Origin: an uncultured Actinomycetota bacterium | Lineage (GTDB): Bacteria > Actinomycetota > Actinomycetes > Propionibacteriales > Nocardioidaceae | Direction of reading: 5' to 3' | Assembly (NCBI GenBank): GCA_963766475.1 | Contig: CAVXZS010000003.1 | Coordinates: forward strand, 169,778-233,777 | DNA: 64,000 nucleotides | Shown: positions 11,236 through 20,938 of the stretch, in pieces | Numbering within the stretch: position 1 is the stretch's first letter | Layout of the letters: every line of letters begins with the position of its first letter | The notes under the pieces: model-generated | Databases searched by the model: none | Told to the model about the DNA's origin: nothing | What the model saw: the letters and a program-made list of their open reading frames with translations, nothing else | Made by a program: the position numbers and the translations under genes

Positions 11236-12395
11236 GCAACAACTTCAGCGAGACCGAGGAGCGCCAGGCGCTGCGCCGGGAGGTGGCGAAGCTGGCGGGC
11301 AAGTACGGTCGCGAGTGGTTCACCGAGAAGGCGCGCTCGGGTGAGAAGACGACCGAGCTGTGGCTGGAGATCGGGAAGAACGGCTACCTCGGCATCAACA
11401 TCCCCGAGGAGTACGGCGGCGGAGGCGGCGGCATCGGCGACATCGCCGCGGTCTGCGAGGAGCTCGCGGCCCAGGGCTGCCCGCTGCTGCTCATGGTGGT
11501 CAGCCCGGCGATCTGCGGCACCATCATCAGCCGCTACGGCACCGAGGAGCAGAAGCAGCGCTGGCTGCCGGGCATCTGCGACGGCACGTCGACGATGGCG
11601 TTCGCGATCACCGAGCCCGACGCCGGCACCAACACGCACAACATCACCACCACCGCCCGCCGGGACGGCGACGAGTGGGTGCTCAACGGCCGCAAGATCT
11701 ACATCTCCGGTGTCGACGAGGCCGACAACGTGCTCGTGGTGGCGCGCGCCGAGGACGCGAAGACAGGGAAGGTGAAGCCGGTGCTGTTCGTGGTGCCGAC
11801 GGACGCGTCCGGCTTCGAGGCGAAGCCGATCCCCATGGAGATCGTCAGCCCCGAGCTCCAGTTCACGGTGTTCATCGACGACGTCCGGCTCTCGAACGAC
11901 GCGCTGGTCGGCGATGAGGACGGCGGCCTCGTGCAGCTGTTCGCCGGGCTCAACCCCGAGCGGATCATGGCGGCGTCGTTCTCGACCGGGCTGGCGCGGT
12001 TCGCGCTGGACCGCGCGGCGTCGTACGCGAAGGAGCGCGTGGTGTTCAAGGACGCCATCGGCTCCCACCAGGCCATCGCGCACCCGCTCGCCCAGAGCCA
12101 CATCGAGATCGAGCTGGCGCGGCTGATGACGCAGAAGGCCGCCGCGCTCTACGACGCCGGCGACGACCTGGGTGCCGGCGAGGCCGCCAACATGGCGAAG
12201 TACGCCGCCGCCGAGGCCGCCTGCGACGCCGCCGACCGCGCGGTCCAGACCCACGGCGGCAACGGGATCACCCAGGAGTACGGCATGGCCGGTCTGCTGG
12301 TCGCCACCCGCGCCGGCCGGATCGCCCCGGTCAGCCGGGAGATGATCCTCAACTTCGTCGCGATGCACTCCCTGGGACTGCCCAAGTCCTACTGA
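11232..12395 (+). CDS. Acyl-CoA dehydrogenase (FadE12-like)
   Basis: AITEPDAGTN and QTHGGNG motifs; GTGA overlap. Confidence 0.92.
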
Positions 12396-12398
12396 GCC

Positions 12399-13136
12399 TC
12401 ACATCCGCGCCTTGAGCACGTCGACCTCGCAGCCCGGGGCGGACGGGTCGAAGCCGTGCTGGACCAGCCAGCGGATCGCCAGCAGGCTTCGCATCGACCA
12501 CCAGGCCATGATCACGTCGAGGTCGACGTCACGGCCATAACCGGCGACCACGTCACCCAGGTGCTCCTCGTGTCCCAGCGTCAGGATCGCGAGGTCGTAG
12601 AGCGCGTCGCCCTGCTGCGCCTCGGACCAGTCGAGCACGCCGGTGATCTCGTCGCCGTCCACGAACACGTGCGCGACCTGGAGGTCGCCGTGCGTGAACA
12701 CCGGTGTCCACGACCGGAGCGCACCCTCGGCGATCCGGCGGTTGTGCGTGACCAGGTCGGTGGGAAGGACGTCCTGTGCGAGGAGCCATGCGCACTCCTC
12801 GTCGAGGCGTGCTGCCAGCTGCCCGGCGTCCTCACCCGGCCACGGCGGCAGCGGCGCCTCGTGCAGCTCGCGTACGGCGGCGCCGGCCGCGGCCCACGCC
12901 GCCGCCGACGTGACCGACGGCTCGCCGAGGCGGCCGAGTGCGGTCCCGGGGAGGGCGGCGAGTGCGAGCACGGGCGGCTCGCGCCACAGGATCTCCGGAG
13001 TCGGGACCGGTGCCAGCGCCATCGCCTCGACCTCGCGGTCGGTGCGCCGCTGGTCGGAGTCGACCTTCAGGAACACGTCGCCGACGCGGAGCGTCGCGCG
13101 CTCCCTATGGGCGACGACGACCTCGACGTCCGGCAC
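12399..13136 (-). CDS. Aminoglycoside phosphotransferase-like kinase
   Basis: HGDL and VLDW motifs of the APH/choline kinase fold. Confidence 0.8.
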   Translation of the reverse strand: MPDVEVVVAHRERATLRVGDVFLKVDSDQRRTDREVEAMALAPVPTPEILWREPPVLALAALPGTALGRLGEPSVTSAAAWAAAGAAVRELHEAPLPPWPGEDAGQLAARLDEECAWLLAQDVLPTDLVTHNRRIAEGALRSWTPVFTHGDLQVAHVFVDGDEITGVLDWSEAQQGDALYDLAILTLGHEEHLGDVVAGYGRDVDLDVIMAWWSMRSLLAIRWLVQHGFDPSAPGCEVDVLKARM

Positions 13137-13146
13137 GTCGGTCGTT

Positions 13147-13356
13147 CTACAGCTTTGCCATCTTCGAGTAGGGGCTCTTGATGCGAACGATCTGGGGACG
13201 GAAGTCGACCGTCACCGCCGCTGCCTCCGTATGAATGACGCGACCCATCCCGTAGGAGTCGTGGCAGACCAGGTCGTCGAGCGCGTATCGCTCGATCGGT
13301 GTCTCGGGGTCGGGCTGGAAGGGGCTGCTGGCCAGGTGGCGCCGTGGAGTTGTCAT
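13147..13356 (-). CDS. Small hypothetical protein, possibly CarD/Tudor-like
   Basis: 69 aa containing LVCHDSYGMGRVI...VDF; GGAG upstream. Confidence 0.6.
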   Translation of the reverse strand: MTTPRRHLASSPFQPDPETPIERYALDDLVCHDSYGMGRVIHTEAAAVTVDFRPQIVRIKSPYSKMAKL

Positions 13357-13442
13357 CAGCTCCAGTATCGCCTGTGGGAGGAAACAAGGACGGGATGCGT
13401 CATGACTAGTCTTGACGGTCTGCCTAGCTCGGGGGGTTTCTG

Positions 13443-14792
13443 ATGGTGCACCGCCGTGGGATCGCTCTCTGCGTGGCCGCTGTTGCCGCGTCGACGTTGG
13501 GCGCGCTCAGCCCGGCCGAGGCGGTCGCTGAGGAGTGGAGCCCGCTGCAGGACGCGGGCGGCAGCACCCTCGCAGTCGCCCTGGACGACCAGACCACCGC
13601 CCTGGTCAGCATCGGTGGTCCGGACGACGCGACCATCTACGACCAGCGCCGCACGGCGGGCGGCACCCTGGGCCCGAGCGCCGAGGTCATGACCGTCGAA
13701 GGCGCCACTGCCTGCCGACCGGTCGAGGCCGTCACCGCACTGGGCAACCTCGCGGTCGCCGTGGAGTGCCAGGTGACGACCGGGCTCGAGGACCCGCCGA
13801 CCAGGCTCGTCGAGCTGGTCTGGACGGGCGACGACGGCTGGGTGTGGCACGTGCAGCCCGAAGGTGAGCTGGGGTCGTTGGACTACTCGCCGCGCGGTCA
13901 GTACGTCGTGTTCAGCAGCAACAGCCAGTACGGGCGTCCGCACCACCTGACCAGCTACCACGCCGACCTCGGCTGGCGTGACCTCACGCGACGAGAGCGC
14001 GGGCTGACCGGAGACGACCTGGTGGCCGCGATCGGCGACTCGGGTGACGTGGTGGCTCTGCACGGCGCCGGTTTCGAGGACGAGCCGGGCTACTGGTTCG
14101 GCGGCCGGCTTCGCATCGAGACCTACAAGGCCACGACGGGGAAGTGGACGCAGCGGCTCACCCGCGACTACCCCGACGGCGGCATCAACCCGTCGGGCAT
14201 CGACCTGTCCGCCGGGCGGATCGTGGCGACGGTGGTCCAGTCCCGCTCGACCGGCCAGCTCAACGGCCTCGAGGACAAGGTCGTCGTGCTGTCCGGCACG
14301 CCGAGCGACCCACGGTTCTGGTCCTCGCCCCAGTGGGACCGCCAGGTCCTCACCTCTTCCGCGGCGATCACGCGGGCAGGTGTCGGCGTCTTCTCCTGGC
14401 AAGCGGTCGGCCACCGGCGCACCGCCAGGCCGTGGTTGGCCACGTGGGCGGCCAGCCAGAAGCAGCCGTCCGTGCATGACCTGGGGTCGCCTACGACCCT
14501 CACCGACGCCGCAGTGTCCGGCCTCGCCATGGACCTGTCGGTCAGCGCCGACGGCCACGGTGCCATCGCCTACGTCCGGCATCGGCCCGGTGCCGGCGAC
14601 TCGACCGTCGCAGCGGCATCGTTCCGGGTGGGCCGCAACGGGCTGCGCGAGCAGGTCGACGCGACCTGGCCGCAACCGGCCGACGTGACCGTCAACGTGA
14701 CCGCGAGCGCCACCTCGGCCAGCATCACGCTCGGCCGCATGGCCGGCCCGTTCTTCCCGTCGCCGCTGACTCAGTGGAGCGTGGGTCCCTAG
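13443..14792 (+). CDS. Secreted hypothetical protein, beta-rich
   Basis: Signal peptide; coding-like codon usage. Confidence 0.7.
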   Translation: MVHRRGIALCVAAVAASTLGALSPAEAVAEEWSPLQDAGGSTLAVALDDQTTALVSIGGPDDATIYDQRRTAGGTLGPSAEVMTVEGATACRPVEAVTALGNLAVAVECQVTTGLEDPPTRLVELVWTGDDGWVWHVQPEGELGSLDYSPRGQYVVFSSNSQYGRPHHLTSYHADLGWRDLTRRERGLTGDDLVAAIGDSGDVVALHGAGFEDEPGYWFGGRLRIETYKATTGKWTQRLTRDYPDGGINPSGIDLSAGRIVATVVQSRSTGQLNGLEDKVVVLSGTPSDPRFWSSPQWDRQVLTSSAAITRAGVGVFSWQAVGHRRTARPWLATWAASQKQPSVHDLGSPTTLTDAAVSGLAMDLSVSADGHGAIAYVRHRPGAGDSTVAAASFRVGRNGLREQVDATWPQPADVTVNVTASATSASITLGRMAGPFFPSPLTQWSVGP

Positions 14793-14815
14793 CGTGCATG
14801 CGTCGGTTCGTCGGC

Positions 14816-16072
14816 CTACGTGCGTCTGGTGAAGCCGTACTTGCCGGTGGGCAGCTTGGTCATGGTGTAGGTCTGGTCGTGGGCTCGGGTGTGGTGGGGT
14901 GGGCAGATCATGACCAGGTCGGTGCGGTTGGTCTGACCGCCGTCGACCCAGCGGGTGAGGTGGTGCAGGTGGGTCATGCCGGGTGGGGTGTCGCAGCCTT
15001 CGATCTCGCAGCCACCGGCTTCGATGATCTTGGTGATCCGCTGGGCTTCGGTGGCGAGGCGTTTCTTGCGGCCGAGGTCGAGGACCTGGGAGGCGCCGTC
15101 GAGGACGGCGGGGATGATGCCGGCCTCGCAGGCGAGCAGGCGGGCGGCGCTGGGGGAGATGGTCTCGCCGGTGTCGAGGTGGGCGGCTTGGAGGTCGCCC
15201 AGGAGGGTGTCGAGCTGCATGAGGACCACGACGGTGGCGTTGAGGCCTCCTGCTTTGGGGAGCCGTGTGGTGGGGTAGCGGCGGATCAGGTCGACGAACG
15301 CTTGCCCGAGCCGCTCGGCGGTGGGGCGGCGTTCGCCGAGGGACCCCCTGGTGACTCCTTTGCTGGCTTGGTGTTTGGGTGCGGCGATGGCCCAGAGGGC
15401 TTTCTTGAGCATCGCGCCGGTCACGGTCGCGTCGATGGTGAACCGGCCGTGGAGTCGGCCGTGTCCGTCGTCGTAGACGGTGAGCCGGGTCGCGGCGGCG
15501 GCGGCGCGTTCCTCGCGGTCGAGCAGGGTGGCTTGGTGGGCGTCTGCGGCGTCGGGGGCGGCGACGTGCAGGACGTGGCGGCCGAGCTGGCGCAGTGCTT
15601 TGGCGTCGAACGAACCGGCCTGGTCGAGGAGGTGTCGTTCGGCCTGCTCGGCCACGGCGGGGTCGAGGTCGGTGGGGAGCTCGTCGAGGGCGCGGAGGAT
15701 GGTCTCGGCCTGCTCGACGTGGATCCGGCCGGCGGCGAGGGCGGTGCGGGTCAGGTGCCGGGTCTCCAGACCGGTGGCGAGCCGCATGGCCCGGTGCGCG
15801 GTGGCCCGGGTGGTGCGGGTGGTCACGGCGTGCCAGTTCGCGGTCGAGGTGGCACCGGAATGGGCGGGCAGCTCGATCCGGTCGGCGTGGGCCAGGAGTC
15901 TGGCTTCGAGCTCGGCGAGCTGGGCCCTCGCGGCCTGGACCTCGGCGAGGGCGGTGGTGGTCTGGGCCGGGGACATCGACCAGACCGGCGTACCGGTCAC
16001 CGCGCCCAGGTGTGCGCGCACCTCAGCGACCGCCCGGGTCACCGGGTGGGGCTCGTGCGCGAGGGCTGTCAT
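14816..16072 (-). CDS. DUF222 (13E12-repeat family) protein with C-terminal HNH endonuclease
   Basis: ARLLACEAGIIPAVLDG..VLDLGRKKR; CEIEGC..HLHH..W.DGG.T..ICPPHH; ATG at 16072. Confidence 0.88.
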   Translation of the reverse strand: MTALAHEPHPVTRAVAEVRAHLGAVTGTPVWSMSPAQTTTALAEVQAARAQLAELEARLLAHADRIELPAHSGATSTANWHAVTTRTTRATAHRAMRLATGLETRHLTRTALAAGRIHVEQAETILRALDELPTDLDPAVAEQAERHLLDQAGSFDAKALRQLGRHVLHVAAPDAADAHQATLLDREERAAAAATRLTVYDDGHGRLHGRFTIDATVTGAMLKKALWAIAAPKHQASKGVTRGSLGERRPTAERLGQAFVDLIRRYPTTRLPKAGGLNATVVVLMQLDTLLGDLQAAHLDTGETISPSAARLLACEAGIIPAVLDGASQVLDLGRKKRLATEAQRITKIIEAGGCEIEGCDTPPGMTHLHHLTRWVDGGQTNRTDLVMICPPHHTRAHDQTYTMTKLPTGKYGFTRRT

Positions 16073-16124
16073 GGCACCCAGTCCAGCACCAGCCACCGGC
16101 GCCCGCAGCAGGGCGGAATCCGGG

Positions 16125-16172
16125 TGTGGACAACGGGTTCCTACCCGCTGGTTGTGCACGGGAAGTGGACAG
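16125..16172. promoter_or_regulatory. DnaA-box-like cluster
   Basis: TGTGGACAA (16125-16133) is the reverse complement of TTGTCCACA; two-mismatch boxes at 16152-16160 and 16164-16172. Confidence 0.45.
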
Positions 16173-16200
16173 CCGGGCGGCGGCGGGCGGCGGCGGGCGC

Positions 16201-16806
16201 GGGTCCCAGGGCGGGCTGCGGTGATCTCGACAGGCTCGATCGGCGGTGGGCGGGTCCCAGCGCGGGCTGCGGGGGTTTCGAGACGGTCGCTGCGCGACCT
16301 CCTCAACCACCGGCGGGGCCGGTATGGCGACGGTGGCTGGTCACCAGCGTGGGCTGCGGTGATCTCGACAGGCTCGATCGGCGGTGGGCGGGTCCCCAGG
16401 GGTGGGCTGCGGGGGTTTCGAGACGGTCGCTGCGCGACCTCCTCAACCACCGGCGGGGCCGGTATGGCGACGGTGGCTGGTCCCGGCCGGGCTGCGGTGA
16501 TCTCGACAGGCTCGATCGGCGGTGGGCGGGTCCCAGGGCGGGCTGCGGGGGTTTCGAGACGGTCGCTGCGCGACCTCCTCAACCACCGGCGGGGCCGGTA
16601 TGGCGACGGTGGGCGGGTCCCGGCGGGCTGCGGTGATCTCGACAGGCTCGATCGGCGGTGGGCGGGTCCCAGCCCGGGCAGCGGAGGTTTCGAGACGGTC
16701 GCTGCGCGACCTCCTCAACCACCGGCGGGGCCGGTATGGCGACGGTGGCTGGTCCCGAGCGTGGGCTGCGGTGATCTCGACAGGCTCGATCGGCGGTGGG
16801 CGGGTC
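16201..16806. repeat. Tandem array, about 138-bp period, alternating family-B (5 copies) and family-A (4 copies) hairpins
   Basis: GATCTCGACAGGCTCGATC at 16223, 16361, 16499, 16635 and 16773, interleaved with GGTTTCGAGACGGTCGCTGCGCGACCTCCTCAACC. Confidence 0.95.
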
Positions 16807-16874
16807 TGGCATGTGGCTGTCGCCAGCGCTGCGCGACCGCCCCCGGTGCCCACCGGCGTGAGAGTGTGGGGGTG

Positions 16875-17694
16875 ATGACCGACATGGTGAGCGACGGTGA
16901 CACCGACGTCCGGAGCGGCTCCGGTCGAGACGCGCTCGAGCGCTACGCGCCCGGATGTGGCCGCGACGTTCGGCATGGTCGTGGCGGTCCGCCCGGCCGG
17001 GGTCCATGACGAGCTGCTCGAGGCGCCGGCGGTCCGCGCGTTCGCGGAGCAGTTCCGCACCGACGTCTCCGGCGTGGACGACGAGCTGCGCGAGGCGCTC
17101 GCCAAGGCGACCGGCAAGCACCAGGTCGCCGTCGCCCAGATGATCTGGATCAGCGACGTCGCGCCACGGCTCGACGCCGTCCTCGACCAGCTCTTCGGAC
17201 CCTCGGAGTGGCCGACACCGCGCCGCATCCCCGTCGGCGACGTCTGGGGCGTGATCGAGGAGTTCATGCGGACCGTCGCCCGGCACGCCGCCCTCGACCC
17301 GATCACCACCGAGCTCGTGCGCCTGCGCGGTGCGCGTCAGCACGACTGCCGGCTCTGCCAGTCCCGGCGTGCCGTGGCGGCGATCTCGGCGGGCGCCGAC
17401 GAGGCGACGTTCGACTCCGTGGACCACTACGAGGACAGCGACCTCCCCGAGTCGACGAAGGCCGCCCTCGCGCTCACCGACGCCATCATCTGGACGCCGT
17501 CCGCGGTCCCCGAGGCGGTCGTCACGCGGGTGCGCGAGCACCTCACCGACGAGCAGGCGGTCGAGGTCGTCCTCGACGTGATCCGCAACGCGACCAACAA
17601 GATCGCGGTCGCGATGGGCACCGACGAGCCCGAGGTGACCGAGGGCGTGCAGCTCTTCACCACCGACGCCGACGGGCTCCTGACCACTGTCTGA
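16875..17694 (+). CDS. Carboxymuconolactone decarboxylase/AhpD-like protein; apparent +1 frameshift near 16951
   Basis: ELVRLRGARQHDCRLC (CxxC); removing one base of GCCCGG joins MTDMV..LERYAP to DVAATF. Confidence 0.75.
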
Positions 17695-17731
17695 GCGGGC
17701 CGCGGACGCGCCTGCGCATAGCCTTGCCCCC

Positions 17732-18763
17732 GTGGGGTTCGTGGACAGGCTCGACCGCACGCAGCGGAAGAGGTCGGTCCTCGGCTTCCCCGTCGCGACC
17801 TTCTGGAAGTTCATCGACGACCAGGGGCCCTATCTCGCCGCCATCATCAGCTTCTACGCGCTGCTCGCGATCTTCCCGCTGCTGCTGCTCGCCGTCACGA
17901 TCTTCGGCTTCGTCCTCCAGGGCAATGCCGGGCTGCAGGAGCGCGTGCTCGACTCGGCGCTGAGCACCTTCCCCATCATCGGCGACGAGCTCGGCCGCCC
18001 GGACCGGCTCCAGGGCTCGACGACGAGCACCGTCGTGGGCATCATCGCCGCGACCTACGGGTCGCTCGGCCTGGGCCAGGCGCTCCAGAACTCGTTGAAC
18101 GTCGCGTGGTCGGTCCCGCGCAACAAGCGACCGAACCCGATCCGGCTGCGGCTCAAGAGCCTCGCCCTCCTGGTGCTCGGCGGCGTCTCCGTGCTCGCCA
18201 TCACCACCGTCGCCACGCTCGGCAGCGAGACCGAGGTGTTCGGGCCGCGCCTCGACACGACCCTGCGCTGGGGCGTGCGCCTGCTCACCGTGCTCCTGAT
18301 CGGGCTGCTGCTCACCGGCGTGTTCCGGCTGGCCTCGGCCCGCCGGCACCACCTCGGGCGCGCGGCGCCGGGTGCGTTCACGGTGGCCGTGCTGTGGCAG
18401 GCGCTGCAGTACGTCGGCACGTTGTACACCACCCGGGTGCTGGCCGAGACCGGCAAGTCCATGAACTTCGTCTTCGGCCTGGTCCTCGGCCTGATCGGCA
18501 TCATCTACGTCGCCGCGTTCATCGGCGTGATCGGCATGGAGGTCAACGTCGTGCTGGCCCGGCGCCTGTGGCCACGCTCGATCCGCTCGCTCTTCGTCGA
18601 CCGGGGCGAGCTCACCGAGGCCGACCGGCGCGCGTACGCCAGCTATGTCCGTGCCCAGCAGCACAAGGACGCCGAGAACGTCGAGGTCACCTTCAAGGAC
18701 CCCGAGACCGGGGAGTTCCGTGTCGTCGAGGAGCCGGGCCCGAAGGGGAAGATGAAGCGCTAG
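17732..18763 (+). CDS. YihY/virulence factor BrkB family membrane protein
   Basis: AAIISFYALLAIFPLLL and ALQNSLNVAW motifs. Confidence 0.88.
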   Translation: MGFVDRLDRTQRKRSVLGFPVATFWKFIDDQGPYLAAIISFYALLAIFPLLLLAVTIFGFVLQGNAGLQERVLDSALSTFPIIGDELGRPDRLQGSTTSTVVGIIAATYGSLGLGQALQNSLNVAWSVPRNKRPNPIRLRLKSLALLVLGGVSVLAITTVATLGSETEVFGPRLDTTLRWGVRLLTVLLIGLLLTGVFRLASARRHHLGRAAPGAFTVAVLWQALQYVGTLYTTRVLAETGKSMNFVFGLVLGLIGIIYVAAFIGVIGMEVNVVLARRLWPRSIRSLFVDRGELTEADRRAYASYVRAQQHKDAENVEVTFKDPETGEFRVVEEPGPKGKMKR

Positions 18764-18767
18764 TCAT

Positions 18768-19196
18768 CTAGGCCGAGTCGGGACCGTCGGCGAAGTCGGC
18801 CGCGGTGAGGCCGTAGTGATGGCCCGGGGGCCACTGGACGAGCTCGATCCGGTAGCCGTCCGGATCCTCGAGCATGGCGGTCCGCGGTCCGTCCGGGCCG
18901 CCCGGCAGCTCGGGTGGGCCCGGGGCGAGGCCGCGACCGGTCAGGGTCGCAAGGGTCTCGGCGAGATCGTCGACCTGGATCGCCAGGTGGTCGAAGCCGC
19001 CTACCTCGACCGGGCCGTCGTCGGGTCGGTGCACGAGCTCGAGGGTGGCCGCCGGCTCGTCGGGGAAGCCGAGGACCGCGAGCCGGGCACCTCCGTCGAG
19101 CTCGACGCTGCCGAGCTTGCGATAGCCCAGCGACGCGTAGAACTCGAGCGATCGCTCGAGGTCGGAGACGCGGTAGGCGGCGAACAGGGTCCTCAC
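18768..19196 (-). CDS. VOC/glyoxalase family protein
   Basis: RVSDLERSLEFY, FDHLAIQV and EDPDGYRIELV motifs. Confidence 0.88.
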   Translation of the reverse strand: MRTLFAAYRVSDLERSLEFYASLGYRKLGSVELDGGARLAVLGFPDEPAATLELVHRPDDGPVEVGGFDHLAIQVDDLAETLATLTGRGLAPGPPELPGGPDGPRTAMLEDPDGYRIELVQWPPGHHYGLTAADFADGPDSA

Positions 19197-20497
19197 GCGC
19201 TCGCTCCCTGTCGGCTCGGCGGGATGTTCTGGTTGAGGTGGAAGACGTTGTCGGGGTCGACGCTGTCCTTGAGCGCGGTCAGCCGGGCCAGCTTGGCCGG
19301 TGGGTACGCGCGGCGTACGCCGGCTGCGCCCTCGTCGCCGAGCACGTTGACGTAGGCGCCGCTCGCGAACGGCTCGAGCCGGGCCGCGCTCTCCCGTGCG
19401 GTCGCCATCTGTGACTCGTCCTCGGCCGGGTCGGTCCAGCGGGCGGCGCCGACGTACTCGAAGGCCGTCTCGCGCTGGCTGAAGGCGGTGGCCTCGTCGG
19501 GCACCTCCGCGATCGCTCCGCCGTAGGCCTGCAGGCTGGCGGCGACCGACGGGTCGTGCTCGAGGAGCGCCTCGATCGCCGCGTCCGGCAGCTCGTGGAA
19601 GTAGTGACCCTTCCAGTAGCGCCGGAGCTCGTGACCCTCGATGGTGTCCTCGCGACGCTGGAGGTCGACGTAGGACAGCTCCGCCACCCGCTGCGCGTCG
19701 GGCCGGCCGAGCGCGTCGAGCTCGCGGGCGTGCTCGCGGCCCTGCTCCGGGTCTCCGACCCAGACGAAGCCGAGGGCGACGATGCCGCCCAGCACGGTGG
19801 CGGCGTACGTCGCGCTGCGGGGAGCGGCCGCGGCGAGGTCGCGCCACCGCGCCATCGCGGACGCCGCGTCACCGACCGGGAAGTCGAGCTCCACGCTCAG
19901 CGCGCGGGTGCCGGTGTCGTGCAGCTGGAACTCGAACTCGGTCACCACCCCGAAGTTCCCGCCGCCACCGCGCAGCCCCCAGAAGAGCTCGGGGTTCTCG
20001 TCCGCCGAGGCGCGCACGATGTCGCCTCCCGCCGTCACCACCTCGCAGGAGACCAGGTTGTCGCAGGACAGGCCGTGCTCGCGGGCGAGCCACCCCATGC
20101 CGCCGCCGAGCGTGAGACCGCCGACACCGGTGTGCGAGACGTTGCCCGCGGTCGTGGCCAGGCCGTGCGGCTGGGTGGCCGCGTCGAGGGCACCCAGCAG
20201 GGCGCCGCCCTGCACCCACGCGCGGCGACGCTCCACGTCGACGCGCACCGCGCCCATCGGCGTCAGGTCGATCATGAGCCCGCCCTCCGGCACCGCCAGC
20301 CCGACCACGCTGTGTCCACCGCAGCGGACGCCGATCTCCAGACCCTCGCCCCGAGCCCTCGCGATCGCGGCCACGACGTCGCCAGGTTCGCGGCAGCGCG
20401 CGACCAGCGCCGGACGGCGGTCGACCATCGCGTTCCACACCCGGCGCGACTCGTCGTACCCCTCGTCGCCTGCCACCAGGAACTCGGTCTCCGCCAT
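19193..20497 (-). CDS. FAD-linked oxidase (BBE/6-HDNO-like)
   Basis: RCGGHS, GLTLGGG, WGLRGGGGNFGVVT and DPDNVF motifs. Confidence 0.92.
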   Translation of the reverse strand: MAETEFLVAGDEGYDESRRVWNAMVDRRPALVARCREPGDVVAAIARARGEGLEIGVRCGGHSVVGLAVPEGGLMIDLTPMGAVRVDVERRRAWVQGGALLGALDAATQPHGLATTAGNVSHTGVGGLTLGGGMGWLAREHGLSCDNLVSCEVVTAGGDIVRASADENPELFWGLRGGGGNFGVVTEFEFQLHDTGTRALSVELDFPVGDAASAMARWRDLAAAAPRSATYAATVLGGIVALGFVWVGDPEQGREHARELDALGRPDAQRVAELSYVDLQRREDTIEGHELRRYWKGHYFHELPDAAIEALLEHDPSVAASLQAYGGAIAEVPDEATAFSQRETAFEYVGAARWTDPAEDESQMATARESAARLEPFASGAYVNVLGDEGAAGVRRAYPPAKLARLTALKDSVDPDNVFHLNQNIPPSRQGASA

Positions 20498-20938
20498 GTC
20501 TCTCCCTCGCCGGTCGGTCGACTGTCGAGAGGTTGACCGACGTCAGGGCCGGAACTCAGCGCGACGCGCCGAGTACGTCGATGTCAGCGTGACGACAGGA
20601 CCGCGCTGGGCACCGCGAGACCGCCCGCCCCTTCCGCTTCCGCGCCCCTCGAGGAGCGGGCCTGACTGAGGCGCCCTCTGCGCCCGCGACGAGCCTGCGT
20701 CGCTCCGGCCCAGTGAGTCGCAGGACGCGGAGTCGGACGTAGTGATCGGCCCGGACGAACGCGTGCGCACGCTCGCGTGCCCGGTCGCGAGGTCGATCAC
20801 CACGTCTGGCTACGAGCGACCAGCCGGCGACCGAGGTCGTGGTGCTCGACGCTCAGCAGCGCTGACCGCCATGGCAGCGCAGGCCGACCAGCGCTCAGCC
20901 CGGTCAGCGGTCGAGCGTGGGCTCGGTTCGGCCCCGGA

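Noticed and set aside
16073-16582. Repeat-encoded N-terminal extension of the HNH protein
   Set aside because: The frame is open because the period is a multiple of three and GC is high; DUF222-like sequence begins at ATG 16072.
16201-16806. CRISPR or TIGR-type guide array
   Set aside because: Variable parts are short, near-identical linker variants rather than unique spacers; no cas or Nop-domain gene in the window.
17741-17756. Family-B half-site at the start of the yihY gene
   Set aside because: Only a partial match with no partner arm; explained by ordinary coding sequence (VDRLDR).
20500-20935. Possible degraded gene or ncRNA, plus an inverted repeat near 20513-20541
   Set aside because: No recognisable protein motif or RNA family; cannot be supported without a search.
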